64,000 bases of DNA from Lama glama (lineage: Eukaryota). The notes beneath the pieces were generated by a model. That model did not search any database. It was not told the origin of the DNA and saw only the letters and a program-made list of their open reading frames with translations. Positions 51,150 to 63,305 of this stretch are shown here, in pieces. Both the position numbers and the translations under genes were made by a program. Position 1 is the first letter of the stretch. Every line of letters begins with the position of its first letter. The stretch covers positions 46,316,001 to 46,380,000 of the forward strand of contig CM052818.1 of assembly GCA_028534125.1 (NCBI GenBank), written 5' to 3'.

Positions 51150-52088
51150 GTACTGTGCAGGAGACAGCTCAGGCTGCCTCCAGAGAGCTGACTGTTAAAT
51201 TTCCAGGGATTTTACAAACTGTCCGTTGCATCTGTATGGTAGAAATACCACTATAATGGCATGCTGCTGCACATCTCTTCCTAACTGTACATTCTGGCAG
51301 CTTGAAATTGTCTGTGGTGGGAGTATTTACACCAGTGCAATTGGCAAATGTTAAAAAAAAAAAGAAGGCTTTATTTATTGTTTTACTGATTATGTAAATT
51401 GATCAAGACAATATTAAAAATGCAGATTTAAAAGTTCAGAAATCAGGGGTTCTACAGAGAGAAAAGGGCACAATTGTCGCTCCCTTTTTTACACTTTTCA
51501 GCGATACCACATTGCCAAAAAAAGAAAGGTAGATTAAACTTAAAAATGTGTCCTGTTTGTAGCCTTTATAACATGACTAGTGAAAATATTTGAGGTAATA
51601 TTCTTCCAGTATTTGCAGACTGTCCTAGCATTCAGCAAAGAGGGTACTCATGTCATTGACAGATGAGTGAACTTCCAGCACGTACCTTGCTGGCTTCACT
51701 TTTGTCTCCCTCATTAACATAAAAATGTCAACCAACCTTCGTGCTGGAACTACACTCATTTGTCAATGACATGAGGAACTTCTCTGCTGAACTAGATAAT
51801 GATCAAGCATTTATTCGTAGATTTATTTTGTCAAATCATGGCTGAATTGCAAGCACCAATTGGCTGAGAATACAAGAGTTCAGCAAAAATCAATGAAAGG
51901 GTTCTTCATTGGAGAATCAAGGAGCTACATGGAATTTACAATAAAGGGTAAAATATAATTTGTTATTACTGATAAATTGAGTGCTATACATCCTTTTTAG
52001 GATTAGATTAAAATAAATCTATGTATGTGTGTACATAGAGACTTTTTTTTCAGAGCAGGTTGTTAAACATTTACCAGCCCACTACTGA
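51150..52088 (+). mobile_element. MER63-family (long, C/D-like) hAT-Blackjack element
   Basis: agagagctgactgttaaatttccaggga...ggtgggagtatttacacc...ttggcaaatg, ending ggttgttaaacatttaccagcccactactg. Confidence 0.8.
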
Positions 52089-52593
52089 GTATAATTGTAT
52101 CTTTCCTGCCAAGAGGCAGAACATTAGACCTTCCCACTGAGTCATGCTGATGGGATAAAGCCCACAGAAGACAGAACGTCAATAAGCTGGACTATACACA
52201 CAAAAGCAACTTATGTAAATAAAAATTGTCTTAGAGTAATTAAGAATATGCCATTTGTTGTTTTCAGGTACTTAGAGCAACACAGACAAGTGCCAACACA
52301 GGGTGGAGTCTGTTACAAAGAAAAAGCAAAAAAGAGTTTAATTAGCACTCTGTATGTAAATGAATTTTGCTAAAGCTTTTAAAGAGCACTTGCAGTAATT
52401 TATTTTCTTGAGTCAAATCAAGAAAATCTCTGCCCCTCAATTTAGACCCATTTGTAGATTTGGTCGGATGCCCTCCTAGGTGACCCAGCATTCAACTTGT
52501 GGTTCCCTGCGAGCCACAGGATAAAGTTTAAACTCTTCAGTCACAATCTGTCCCAGACTTCTTCCTAACTCCCTTGACTCTCACCTTCTCCCA

Positions 52594-52910
52594 GCCAGGT
52601 TGGCCAGCCATGGCCCCAGGGCCAACAATGGCCTGAAGCCTGATTTTGTACTGCCCTTGAGCAAAGAATGGGTTTGACATTTTTTAATGGTTGAAAAAAC
52701 ATCACGAGAAGAATATTTTGTGACACATGAAAATGAAACTCAAATGTTGAGTGTTCATAAAGTTTTATTGGCACCTAGCCACACCCATTCCTTTACATAT
52801 TATCCATAGTGGAAGTGGAGCTGAGTACTTGGGACAGACACCCAGTGGCCCACATCCCTAAAATGTTTAAGTACTATCTGGCCCTTCACAGAGAAAGTTT
52901 GCCGACTCTG
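52594..52910 (+). mobile_element. MER58B-like hAT MITE
   Basis: ataaagttttattggcacctagccacacccatt...tactatctggcccttcacagagaaagtttgccgac. Confidence 0.85.
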
Positions 52911-54041
52911 CTCTAACCTCACCCAGCTTTTCCTTTTTCCCAGCTCACCGAGCTCTTCTGCTTGGAGTGAATGAATGCAGTTCTCTGCCTTGAATCTGCT
53001 TCCTAGAGGACAAGTCCTAATGCGGTACCCAAGGGCTCTCAGCTTTCCCACTGCTCCGGCCTCATCACCAGCCCTGCAACCCTTAACCAACTCAGGCCAC
53101 ACCTAATTCTCACTGTTTACTTCACACGAAGTATTTCCTCATCGGCCATTTCCTCAGCCTGGAGCACTCTCTCTCCTGCCCACCTGACAAATTTCTGGTC
53201 ATCTTTCAGGGTCCAGCCCAAACCTCACTTCCATGAAGTCTGTTTCAAATCCTCTAGGTAGAGTCAGCCGTCTCCTCCTCTCTGCTTCCATAGTGCTTTA
53301 GACAGAGGTCCCGTGCTTTTGTTAGGAAAAGGAGCTAGGTGCCGGTTTCCGCCTCCTCACATACGGTAAGATCTCTCCTGCCCTCCCTCCCTCCCATGCT
53401 CACCACCGCGCTCTCTCTTCTCATTGGCGTGCGAAGCAAGCGTGTTCGCCAAATCATGAGTCAGACAAGACAGGAACACTCATTTCGCTGAACTGATAAG
53501 CCTTAACTTCGCTCTGGAGAGAAACTGTTCCAGCTCTCCCAAAGCCCGGGATGCGTCCATTACAGAAAGTGTCACATTCTATCATGACCAGAGCATTTGT
53601 TTTCTCATGTCACTGCCATCATAGACAAGGCTCCCAGGAGAGAGAGGGGCGTGTTTTATTTATCTTCGTACTTCTAGCTCCAAAACACAGGGCACGCACA
53701 CCGTAGGTGCCCAATAAATGTGAATTGAATTGCTTGGAAGTGCTGGTCTTTCGGCACACAAAATAAAAGACGACATATCAATTCAATAGAAGGAAAATCT
53801 GTAGGTTTGAGAGATGCGAAGTCGCAGTGGGGCCTTCTCTGCGGGCTCGAGGATTCTGGTAAAGGTATGTTTGTGGGGGGAAGTCAAGCCTTGGGGGTCG
53901 GGGGTGGGTTGCTTGATGACCTGAACTCTTCAGAGGTTGAATGTTCAGCCTTCTTCCCTTGATGCCTTACCGTGCGCCTAGTTTCCACACAGGGCTGGAG
54001 TGACAGCATCACCTGGGAGCCAAAGCGCTCTGTTCCCTCAA

Positions 54042-54190
54042 CCCTTGCTACTCAAAGTGTGGTCCCTGGACCACAGCCTCATCAGCATCAGCATCACCTG
54101 TGAGCCTGGTCAGAAGTGCAGAAACCCAGACCTACCGAGTCAGGGGCCCCCAGGTAATCTGTTGGCGCCTTAAAATTGGAGAAGAATTTT
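54042..54190 (+). mobile_element. MER5A/5A1-like hAT MITE
   Basis: ccttgctactcaaagtgtggtccctggacc...agcatcagcatcacctgtgagc. Confidence 0.8.
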
Positions 54191-54409
54191 TCTAGTGTAC
54201 GGAAAGGATACACTGCAAGCAGGAACTTGGCTTTCTCATCCTGTCAGAAGCCCAATATTCCAAAATATGTCAACTACACTGTACTAATGGGACTTGATAA
54301 AACCTAAAGAGTTAAGGTTCTTTTTGATGCTGATTCCTGAAAGTTTCAGTTCTGATGCGCCATGCTTTGATGCATTCTACCCAGTTGCTGCGATACTCCG
54401 TTGCTCAGA

Positions 54410-54885
54410 AATTCAACGAATATTTATTAACTACCTACTGTATGCCAAACACTGTCCCCCAAACTAGGATGTAGTGGTGAATAAGTCAGAATAGGTCACT
54501 GCTCTTATCAAACTTAGATTCTAGCAGGGATAGGCAGATAGTGAGTAAATACATAAATAAAATAATTTCCTGTGACTCCCATTGACAGTAATGAAACAGG
54601 GTGATGTAATGACTATCTGGTGTGGGTGAGGAGTAGCGCTATTAGAGAGGCAATCAGGAAAGACTTCTTGGAGAAAGTAACATTTGAGCTGAGTCCGGAG
54701 TAAAAAGAAGGAGCATGTGAGCATATTATAAAGGAACAGTAAGTGCACAGTCCCTGGAAGTAGAAACTGGAGAGATATTTAGAGAAAGAAAGTCAGAGCG
54801 GCTGGATGTTGTGAGCAAGAGAGAGGTGATGTAAGGTGATATTGAAGGTGCGCGGGGTCAGTTTATGTAGGGCCTTGTAATCCTC
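54410..54885 (-). mobile_element. L2 LINE 3' region
   Basis: attcaacgaatatttattaactacctactgtatgccaaacactg...ggaaagacttcttggagaaagtaacatttgagctgag. Confidence 0.8.
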
Positions 54886-55208
54886 GTGATTTTCCTGCAC
54901 ATGGAAGCTGGCCCATATTTGCTTTATGCTGAAAAATGAAACAGAGCACTGATTGCTCTTGGAAAAATGTAGACAAGTGTAGAGGCAAAGCAGGTGGCTA
55001 AAACACTAATTAGTAATGGATGAATTGACCTTTATCAAAATTTAAAAACTTTTGGGCTTCAAAAGCACATCAAGAAGTGAAGCAATCCCACAGGTGGTGG
55101 GAAAGTATTTGCGAATAAGATATTTGATGAAGGACTTGTATCTAGAGTATAGAATATAGAACTCTTACAACTTAATATTGAAAAGACAACCCAATGAAAC
55201 AATGAGCA

Positions 55209-55338
55209 TGGTGGGGGGAGTGGGTGGGTCTAGCTCAGTGGCAGAGCACGTGCTTAGCATGTACGAGGTCCTGGGTTCAATCCCCAGCACCTCCATTAAA
55301 AAATAATAAAAATAATAAAATGGAAAAAAATTTTTTTA
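55209..55338 (+). mobile_element. tRNA-Ala(AGC)-derived SINE, Vic-1-like (camelid)
   Basis: tRNA-like body at about 55224-55295 (tagctcagtggcagagcacgtgcttagcatgtacgaggtcctgggttcaatccccagcacctcca) with A and B boxes, a G-rich head and an A-rich tail. TSD aatgagca at 55201-55208 and 55339-55346. Confidence 0.88.
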
Positions 55339-55808
55339 AATGAGCAAAGGATCTGAATAGACATTTCTCCCAGAAAGATCGATAAGTGGCCAAAAAGCAC
55401 ATGAAAAGATACTTAGTATTATAGCTAACAGAGAAATGCAAATCAAAACCATGGTATGATACTACTTCAAACCCACTAGAATGGCTAAAATTAAAAAAAA
55501 GATAATAACAAGTATTGGTGAAGATATGGAGAAAGTGGAACTCTTAACACTGCTGATGGGAATGTAAAATGGTGCAACCACTAAGGAAAACAGTCTGGCA
55601 GTTCTTCAAAAGTTTAAACAAAGAGTCACCAAATGATCCAGCAATTCCACATCTAGTTATATACCCCAAAATGCAGGTACACATTCCCACAAAAAGGTGT
55701 TCACACATGCTTAGCACAGCACTATTCATAATAACCAGAAAGTTGAAACAACCCAAATGTCCAACAACTGATGAATGACTAAACACAGTGTGGTAGACTC
55801 ATAGAGTG

Positions 55809-56258
55809 TGTATTAGTTTGCTAGGGCTGCTGTAACAAAGAACCAGAAGCTGGGTGGCTTACACAGAAACTGGGCATCTCACACTTCTGGAGGTTGGAAG
55901 TCCAAGATCAAAGTTTTGGCAAGATTGATACCTTCTGAGGACTAGGAGGAAGAACCTGTTCCATGCCTCTCTCCTAGCTTCTGGTGGATTGCTGGCAATC
56001 TTTGGTGTTGACTTGGCTTGTGGAAGCATGACTCCCATCTCTCTCTTTGTGTTTGCATGGTATCCATCCTGTGTCCAAGTCTGTGTGTCTAAATTTGCCC
56101 TTTCTATAAGGATACTGATCACACTGGAGTTGGGATGGCCGCATCTTAACTAATTACATCTGCAATGATCCTATTTCCAAATAAAGTCACATTTTGAGGT
56201 ACTAGGGGTTAGAATTTCAACATATGAACTTGGGGGGGGCACAATTAAATCCCTAAAA
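55809..56258 (-). mobile_element. MLT1 (MLT1C-like) ERVL-MaLR solo LTR
   Basis: tgtattagtttgctagggctgctgtaacaaag...ttctggaggttggaagtccaagatcaa...attacatctgcaatgatcctatttccaaataaagtcacatt. Confidence 0.92.
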
Positions 56259-56689
56259 TAATGGAATATTCTTCAGCCATGAAAAGGATCGTAAGCACTG
56301 ACACAGACGACAATGTGGCAAAGCCTTGAGAACATGATGCTCAGTGAAAGAAGCCAGACACAAAATCTATGATTCCACTCATACGAAATATCCAGAATAT
56401 GTAATTCCATGAAGATAGAAAGTAGATTACTGGCTGCTTAGGGCCGAGGAGGGGATGGTGGAACAGGAGGATTAAAGTTAAAGGATACATGGTTTCTTTT
56501 TGGGGTGATAAAAATGTTCTAAAATTGATTGCAGTGATGGTTGTACAACTTTGAATATGCTAAAAATCATTAAATTGTACGCTCTAAATGGTTGAATTGT
56601 ATGGTATGTGAATTACATGTCAATAAAGCTGTTACCAAAGCAAAACACAAATTCGTGTCATAGGAAGTATTATACACTAAAAAAAAAAA

Positions 56690-56925
56690 AAGTGTGGATT
56701 CTAGGGTTTGGGTCCAAAATTCAAATCCTGGCTCTTCAACCTTCTAACTGTTACCTTGAACAAATTACTCTGGGAGCCTTAACTTCTCCATTGGAAAAAC
56801 AGGAATGTGGGAAGGGACTTCCTACCAGTGCCTAGCTGGATTGTTTAAGAATTAGAGATTACCTAGGTTAAAAAAAATAAATTATCTAGGTAAAATACCT
56901 GGCCCACAGTAGTCGCTCTATAAAA
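56690..56925 (+). mobile_element. MIR SINE
   Basis: ttcaaatcctggctctt...ttaccttgaacaaattact...cctggcccacagtagtcgctctataaa. Confidence 0.65.
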
Positions 56926-58254
56926 GCTTTTTCCATCCCATACATTTTACATCCCACCCTTGAAAACATAGTGTGATTCTACCCCAGATAAATGTTTCTT
57001 GGGGTCATTTATTTGTCTAAATGGTCCAATAAGGTCTTTTTAATGCCTCTCAGGAAGCCAGCTCCCAAAAATGGAACTCAAACTCAGAAGAAAAACATTT
57101 TCCCTTACATTATTCATTCCACAGGAGGACCCAACTCTGCCGCTTTTCTGCCTCTGACATGTCTTCTCGACTTTTGTTTTTCTTCTTTGAGCTGATAATT
57201 GAAGCTGTCAGAGAAGGCTCATGCTGCTCAGTGTTGCAGTGACAAATTCCAGCTGGGACTAAGGAGCACGTTGCTGAGTTGGAGAAAGACAGCGAAGGTT
57301 CCTCAGGTAGGAGCCCACATGTGAGGCAGTGGGGGATGTGAGCCTCCGAGCTGTTGGGTTATTCAATCTGTGCCCAGGAGGGTTTCCCAGCACATTTGTT
57401 TGAAGGATCAGGCCTGAGTCAGCGTGTGTCTGAGAGTGGGGTGAATACAAAAAGACTTGAAAATAAGGCTCTGAGATGCCACAGGTCTAAGCATTTCCTG
57501 ATGCTTTGTAAGAGAAGCAGAATCAAATATTTGCTCTGCCCGTGAGTCAGACATTTCCGGCACAATGCCGGAAGCCCTAAGGTCAAATAATAGAAGAGGT
57601 ATCATTCCAAGCCGTTTGGTGGACGCTGTACTGTGCACCAGGCCCCGTGCTGGACACCGAGATGATGGTGAAATGGTGTCTGCAGAGGCACCTGGTTTCA
57701 TGCCCAGAAGCAAACAAACGCCCTTCGTAGAGGCATTCCTCAGTCTGTGGAACGGGAGCTCAAGGTCACACCAGAGTATCTTTGACTTGGTGCCATGTGA
57801 TCTGGGTATCACATGCTGATGAAACCTCCCCGATAATTACATTTTCTCCCAACTCTCTAGACAGTCTATTTATTTCATCCTGTCACTGTGTGCCGGACAG
57901 GTCCTGTCCAAACAGTCCTACGGTTATGATTCATAATCTGAGCAGACAGCCTTATTTAGAACATCTTATTCAGAGATGATCTTCTGGTGAACTTTGAGGA
58001 AATGCAGAATGGTTGGCAAAGTGCCCCACCTCTTCATCCTGTCCCAAGGGCTGCTTCCTTCCCCTGGAGCATTCCTGCCTGCTGTCCCCATGCCCAGCAC
58101 AGCCCTCGTCGTCACCAGGTCCCTGTGGTCACCCAGGCCAGCATGGCCTCCTCCCCACTGTTGTCATTGCTAACCTGTTGGGGGTGTGGTGGGAATGCCA
58201 TGGGCCCCACAGTGTCCCGTGACTCAAAAGCATTGCAGTTATTTGCCTAATCAT

Positions 58255-58405
58255 AAGAGTTTCCAGGGACCCCTCTTGAAAATCCAGATTCTAGAAGGCT
58301 CTACTCTAGACGAGCTGAATCAATCTTCAGGGAAGGGGCTGGGAAATCTGGATTTTTAATATGTGCTCCAGGAGATTTTAGATAAAGCAAATTTGAGAAG
58401 CTTTA
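58255..58405. mobile_element. MER5-like hAT MITE remnant
   Basis: aaaatccagattct...ctgaatcaatcttcagggaaggggctgggaaatctggatttttaa...ccaggagattt. Confidence 0.55.
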
Positions 58406-59799
58406 TCATGCTTTTCAGCTTTAACCAAGACTTTGGGACTGCCCTACAAGCACATGCATGTGTTGGGGCAAATCCTAGAGGTGAAGGAGTTTTCCAGTGA
58501 GCAAGCCCTCTGCCTTCAGAGAGCATTAACTCTCTCAGCTCTCGGGAGAACCCCTCACAAAATTATGATCTGAGAGCACAAATGTTCCCAAAGGATCTGC
58601 AAACGCACGGTCCTCACTCAAAGTGCTGCTGAACGGTCACTCCGGCCGGGGTTGGTCTGCCTGTAGGATTTGGAGCTGCGGACATTCCCTGCCTCTAAGC
58701 AGAAGTAATAACCCTTCGTCAGTCACATAAGAGACCTAGCCTTGGCTTTAAACAGAGACTTCATTTTTCTCAGTTCTGTGGAATTCCCAAGGTCTGCAAG
58801 GCAGCATGTGTGACCCTGGAAACGGGATGTGAGCTGTTTTCTAAGGCCTTTTCACTTGACTGGGGGCAGCGTGGAGTGAACTGCTCAGCGCGGCCCTGGG
58901 GTCACATATCAGATGAGCGATGGCCGGGGCCTCTGGATGGGGAGTCGGGGAACTTATCTCCGAGGGTTCCTTTTTCTGTTGTTTTTAAACCAGGGCTCCA
59001 CCCTGACTCCATGCGCTCCAATGTCCCTTCCTTCCCTGGACTCTCCCCTCTGAGGTTTGCAGCCAAGGCTGACCTCACTCACCGACTCCGCAGCACATTT
59101 TTGGTGAGTCCGACTTACAGATGCCAACAAGTGGGCTGTGCTGTTTGCTCAGGCCCTGTTCAGATTTTCCATCAGGCTCTGAGCACAGTGGCTCCAGGCC
59201 TGGGCTTCCAGGATCTACCAGGGCCCTGTCCTGACCCTCCACTGGGCAGTGCCAGCATGTGGCAAGAAGGCCCCTGCAGGGAACCCAGGGTTGGGCACGT
59301 CGGGTCAGTGGTCTTCATCACACTGGAGACAGGACACAGCAGAGGAATGACCACGGATTTGATGGGAGGAGAGGCAACTGATCAATTCCTCCTTTGTGCC
59401 CTACTCCACAAAATGACACAGCGATCCAGCGCGGAGCTCCTAGAAGCAAAGAGCCCCTCTCACAGCCCTTGAAATACAGAAAGGCAGGGATGCTGTAACT
59501 GGATAGAATTGACTCGCATGGACTGAGAGGGGCCTCAGAGCCCACTTGGCTTGCAGACTGAACAAGTGGTCCTCACACTTCCGGAGTGTGAATCCCTCAC
59601 AGAGCAAAAGACACCTACTCTCACTTCCTTGCTCAGAAAGTGAGCCTGAAGCAGTGGAAAAGGTGGCTTTCTTTGATTGAGGCCCTGGTGAATGACGACG
59701 CAAAGTAAAAAGATAATTCAGTTCATGGTTCTATTAATTTAATTTGCTTTCCTTCTTCTAGCTGTCCAAACAGAAACGGTGGGAGCGACCTACATCCTC

Positions 59800-61090
59800 C
59801 TCCTTCCTCTTCCCACACACCCAGGCAGTCACCAGATCCTCATGATCCTGCCTGTTTAACACCCACGGAGCTGTCCCCTTACCCCCACTCCCGCTTCATC
59901 CCTCATCCCTGCAGGTCCTCATCCCTCTTGTGCGTGAAGAGTGAAGCTTCATAACAAGTCCTCCCAGCTCCAGCCCAGACATCTCTCCAATCCATCCAGT
60001 TTCCTTGGGGCCAGAATTATCTTTCCGAAAAGAACCTTTTGAAAATGCAAATCCAATCATGGCTTCCATCATCTGAGAATAAAATACAAATTCCTTCGTG
60101 TGCTGCATAAGCGCTGTCTAGACTGTGTAACTGTTCAGCCTAATCTCTCATCAAACCTCACATATATTCAGAGATGCAATCACACTTGATTCATTCATTC
60201 ATTCGAGTTCCTGTTGTGTGTCAGATTCTGTGCTTGGATCTGATAATCCCGTGGTGGTACCCACAGTCCCTGGTCCCCTGGGGCTGACAATTGAAGGCGG
60301 AGGACAGACCTTGAAATTGAAAGTACAATCAAGCTCAGCAGGTGCTAAGCTAGGGCACAGGCAGAGGGGCATCACTGAGCCGAGGGTGCAGGGCAGCCCC
60401 CTGGACCAAAGGACCGAGTGAGAAATGATGAATGCGAGTTGGAAGTTGGTGGTGAGGACGGCGTGTGAAAAGAGTCAAAGGTGAGAGGGCTGAGTGTTTT
60501 CAAGCAACTGAAGGAAAGTGTGTCCTGTGAGGGAAGCAAGGGGAAGCTGGAGAGGCCAGCAGGAGCCTGGTCCCGGAAGAGCTCAGAAGATTCCATGTTA
60601 AGGACTTTGTGACTTTGCCTAGGGGTAATGGAGAGCCACAGAACCGTTTTAAACAGACTTTAGTTTTGAGAGATCTCTCTGGCTGAATTTGGGAATGGGT
60701 CGAACCACTGACAGCTCCCCAAAGCGCTGTGTGTTTCTGCCCAGCTGGGCCCCGGTACAAGGCTTCTCATTCCTTGAGCTTGTCACCTCTTTTGAGCTTG
60801 TCTATTTAGTGAGCTCCTTCCAGCTTTCAAAATTCAGCTCAAAGCCCTTAAAGTCCATAGACCACACTTCCCACTCTGCCCGGGGCGAGTTGGATGTCTC
60901 TCCGTCTTTGCTCCCATGACACGTGTCCATCGTTTTGTTACAGCATCTTTCACATCACCAGTCAGTCCCCATGACCAGGCTGTGCATTTATAACGGGAAT
61001 CCGGTCTGTGCGCCTTTCTGCTTTGTACCCCTAAGGCCTAGCACTTAGTAGTTGCTTTAAACATGCCCTTCGAATGTTCTTTGAATGGGT
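59800..61090. mobile_element. Cluster of L2 fragments (+ about 59800-60130; - about 60190-60700; + about 60740-61090)
   Basis: ccagaattatctttcc...aatgcaaatccaatcat; ttcattcattcattc tail; gggtaatggagagccacagaa...ttttaaacag. Confidence 0.6.
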
Positions 61091-61879
61091 GGGTTTACAC
61101 CAGGGGCAAAACAAGACAGGATGCATACGAAAAGTCATGGCCCCTGCCCCCGTGGCCAGCAATTTAAGATGCAGACAAGTGACGCCACACCATACGAGCT
61201 CAAGGGAGGAGGGCATCCAATTAGCAGAGCCGTATCCAGGAGTCAAAGTGATGTTTGATTTTGTCTTCGTAGGCAATAAAAAGTGAAGCGCATTCTTTGG
61301 CAGCCATCAGAAAGGCAGATGGCTGGCTTTCTGTAATTCTTTGGAGTTCTGCAGCATGTCAGTTATCACAGCAGGACTCGTAGCAGGGACTCCATACTTG
61401 CAAAGGGCAGGGGGAGCATGCAAAATAAACTGTGCTTTGAGTACTAGAGCTGGTGACACAGTACTTGGTGGTCAAGCTGTTCTGCCTCTTCCAAGATAGG
61501 TTCAATTAACAAGCCCATCCAGCATGTATTCCAGGGTTCTTGTGGGAAACGATCGCTCGCCTTTAGGTCTCTGTTTTACATGAAACCAATTACAGTGATG
61601 GTTCTAATGTGGAGGCGATATTGTTATGAGTGCTGTGTTAGTGTCCAGTGAATTTATATCCATGAGGTTAGTTCCCTGAGATTCACATTTATTATGCTTT
61701 CAAAACTACTACTCACACGGGGTCACTTGATTTCATAGCCATCTATGGCGTCGGACTCCACGTGTGAGTCATACAGATCCTGATGATTATCCCTGCGTCG
61801 TAAAGAACCTCTTACGATTGATAGTTCTTATAAAAAGTAATAAACTTGCACTCCTTAGGATGGTGAATGTGTATTATTT

Positions 61880-62050
61880 TTTATTTTTTTTAAAGTGATT
61901 CTACAATCTGTGAGGCAGGGTTTTTGTTCCTGTTCGAGAGATGAGGAAGCTGGCTCAGTGAAATTAAAGTTGTTCCCAGTGTCTCCCAACTAGCAGGGGC
62001 CACAGCGGGGATGACGAGCTTGGGTTTGCCCAGATCTGATGCCTCTGCTC
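61880..62050 (-). mobile_element. MIR SINE
   Basis: acaatctgtgaggcagg...agatgaggaagctggctcagtgaaattaaagttgttccc...cccagatctgatgcc. Confidence 0.65.
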
Positions 62051-63039
62051 TCCCAGGGCAACAGGTGCCTCCGGGAAGAGTCTCAGTCAGACTCCGGCCA
62101 TCCGGGGCTACAGCCAACCTCCCACCTGCCACACTGACCAGAGCCAAAGAAACTGTCCCTTTAAATTTCTAGGAATAGGTGGTATACCATTAAAACTAAA
62201 CCAACTCCAAACCACACCTTCCCTACCACAAAAGGAAAAAAAACCCCTCATCAATCAGAAGAGAGAGCAGCCAGCTCTCTTCCATTTATCCACAGGCGGA
62301 ATGGTCTGTAATGTGCCCGGGGTGCGCACCTCAAGGAAGGCACTTCTGAGTCCATCCCACTGAGCCACCCACCTCAGCCCCTGCCGGGACGGGCATCGGC
62401 CTCTGGAGCTGGGGCAGGGAAGGGACCAGCAGAGAAGGTGCTCTTAGCTGCTGTCGAGGACAGACGCCAGGCCCTCTTTTGCTTCCCCTGCTGGGAAAGT
62501 TCTGATTTTTACTGCTCTGTGCTGAGCGCAAATGGCTTAGCAAGTCGCAGACTAGAGGAGGGAACCTGGGGGGGGGCACAGAGATGGCTGTTGGGCTACT
62601 CTGGGCCCACGTGACCTTGAGACGCTCCATGCCGAGGGGCGGGCTGGTCCTGGCCCCAGGCCCCTGTGGAGGGTCAGGCCGCTGTGTAGGACCGCATGGC
62701 CTGGAGGCAGCATCAGAGCCTGCCAAGGACCTGCTAATAGCTCCCATCCATCTTCCAGGGAAAGCGACTTCTGGCGCTGGATAATTGACTTCTGTTCGTT
62801 ATGACAGACGAGGTTTTGAAACGCCTGAGTCCATGCCTGTCTCTTTCACTAGTGACAGGCTCTGCCTTGGAGGGCAGTTCAGCGGGTGAGGGGAGATGTG
62901 TATTCATGCTTTCACCCCAGCACGGGGGTCAAACTGAGACTCGAAGTCGTTATTTCCACCATGTGGGCCCCAAATCCCAACTGTCCCTGTCCTTACAATT
63001 ATCTAGGGAATATTGGATGATCCTGACACTCTAATCCAA

Positions 63040-63305
63040 AGAGCTAATAGTCACATTCATATGCAGTTTTTTAATGCTCTTTCACAGTTTATCAATTTTT
63101 ATCATAGCACTGATAACCAACCTGCGTATGGTGTGACACAGCTGACATCATGTCACCTGATCTCCCCACGCTGTAGGCGAAGTAAGGAGGGTACTGTTAT
63201 CCCCTCGGAGGTTCAGAAAGGTTAAGTGATGCGCTCAGTGCCACGGAGCAAAGGAAGAGCAGAGCTGGGGCTCAAATCCAGGTCTTCTGGTTCTGAGGTG
63301 CTGCC
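63040..63305 (-). mobile_element. MIR SINE
   Basis: gctaatagtcacattcatatgcag...gaggttcagaaaggttaagtgatgcgctc...cagagctggggctcaaatccaggtcttctg. Confidence 0.7.

Larger units (their letters stand above)
55020..56640 (+). mobile_element. L1MB-type LINE 3' portion hosting a SINE and an LTR
   Basis: gatctgaatagacatttctcc, agagaaatgcaaatcaaaacc, ORF remnant VQPLRKTVWQFFKSLNKESPNDPAIPHL, and 3' end gaattgtatggtatgtgaattacatgtcaataaagctgtt. Confidence 0.92.

Noticed and set aside
55224..55295. Apparent tRNA-Ala(AGC) gene
   Set aside because: The acceptor stem is imperfect. The G-rich head, A-rich tail and TSD inside an L1 mark it as a SINE copy, not a tRNA gene.
58810..59472. 220-aa plus-strand ORF upstream of ASAP2
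   Set aside because: GTG start, no domain similarity I can recognise, and no promoter or splice context. Its length is plausible for GC-rich non-coding DNA.
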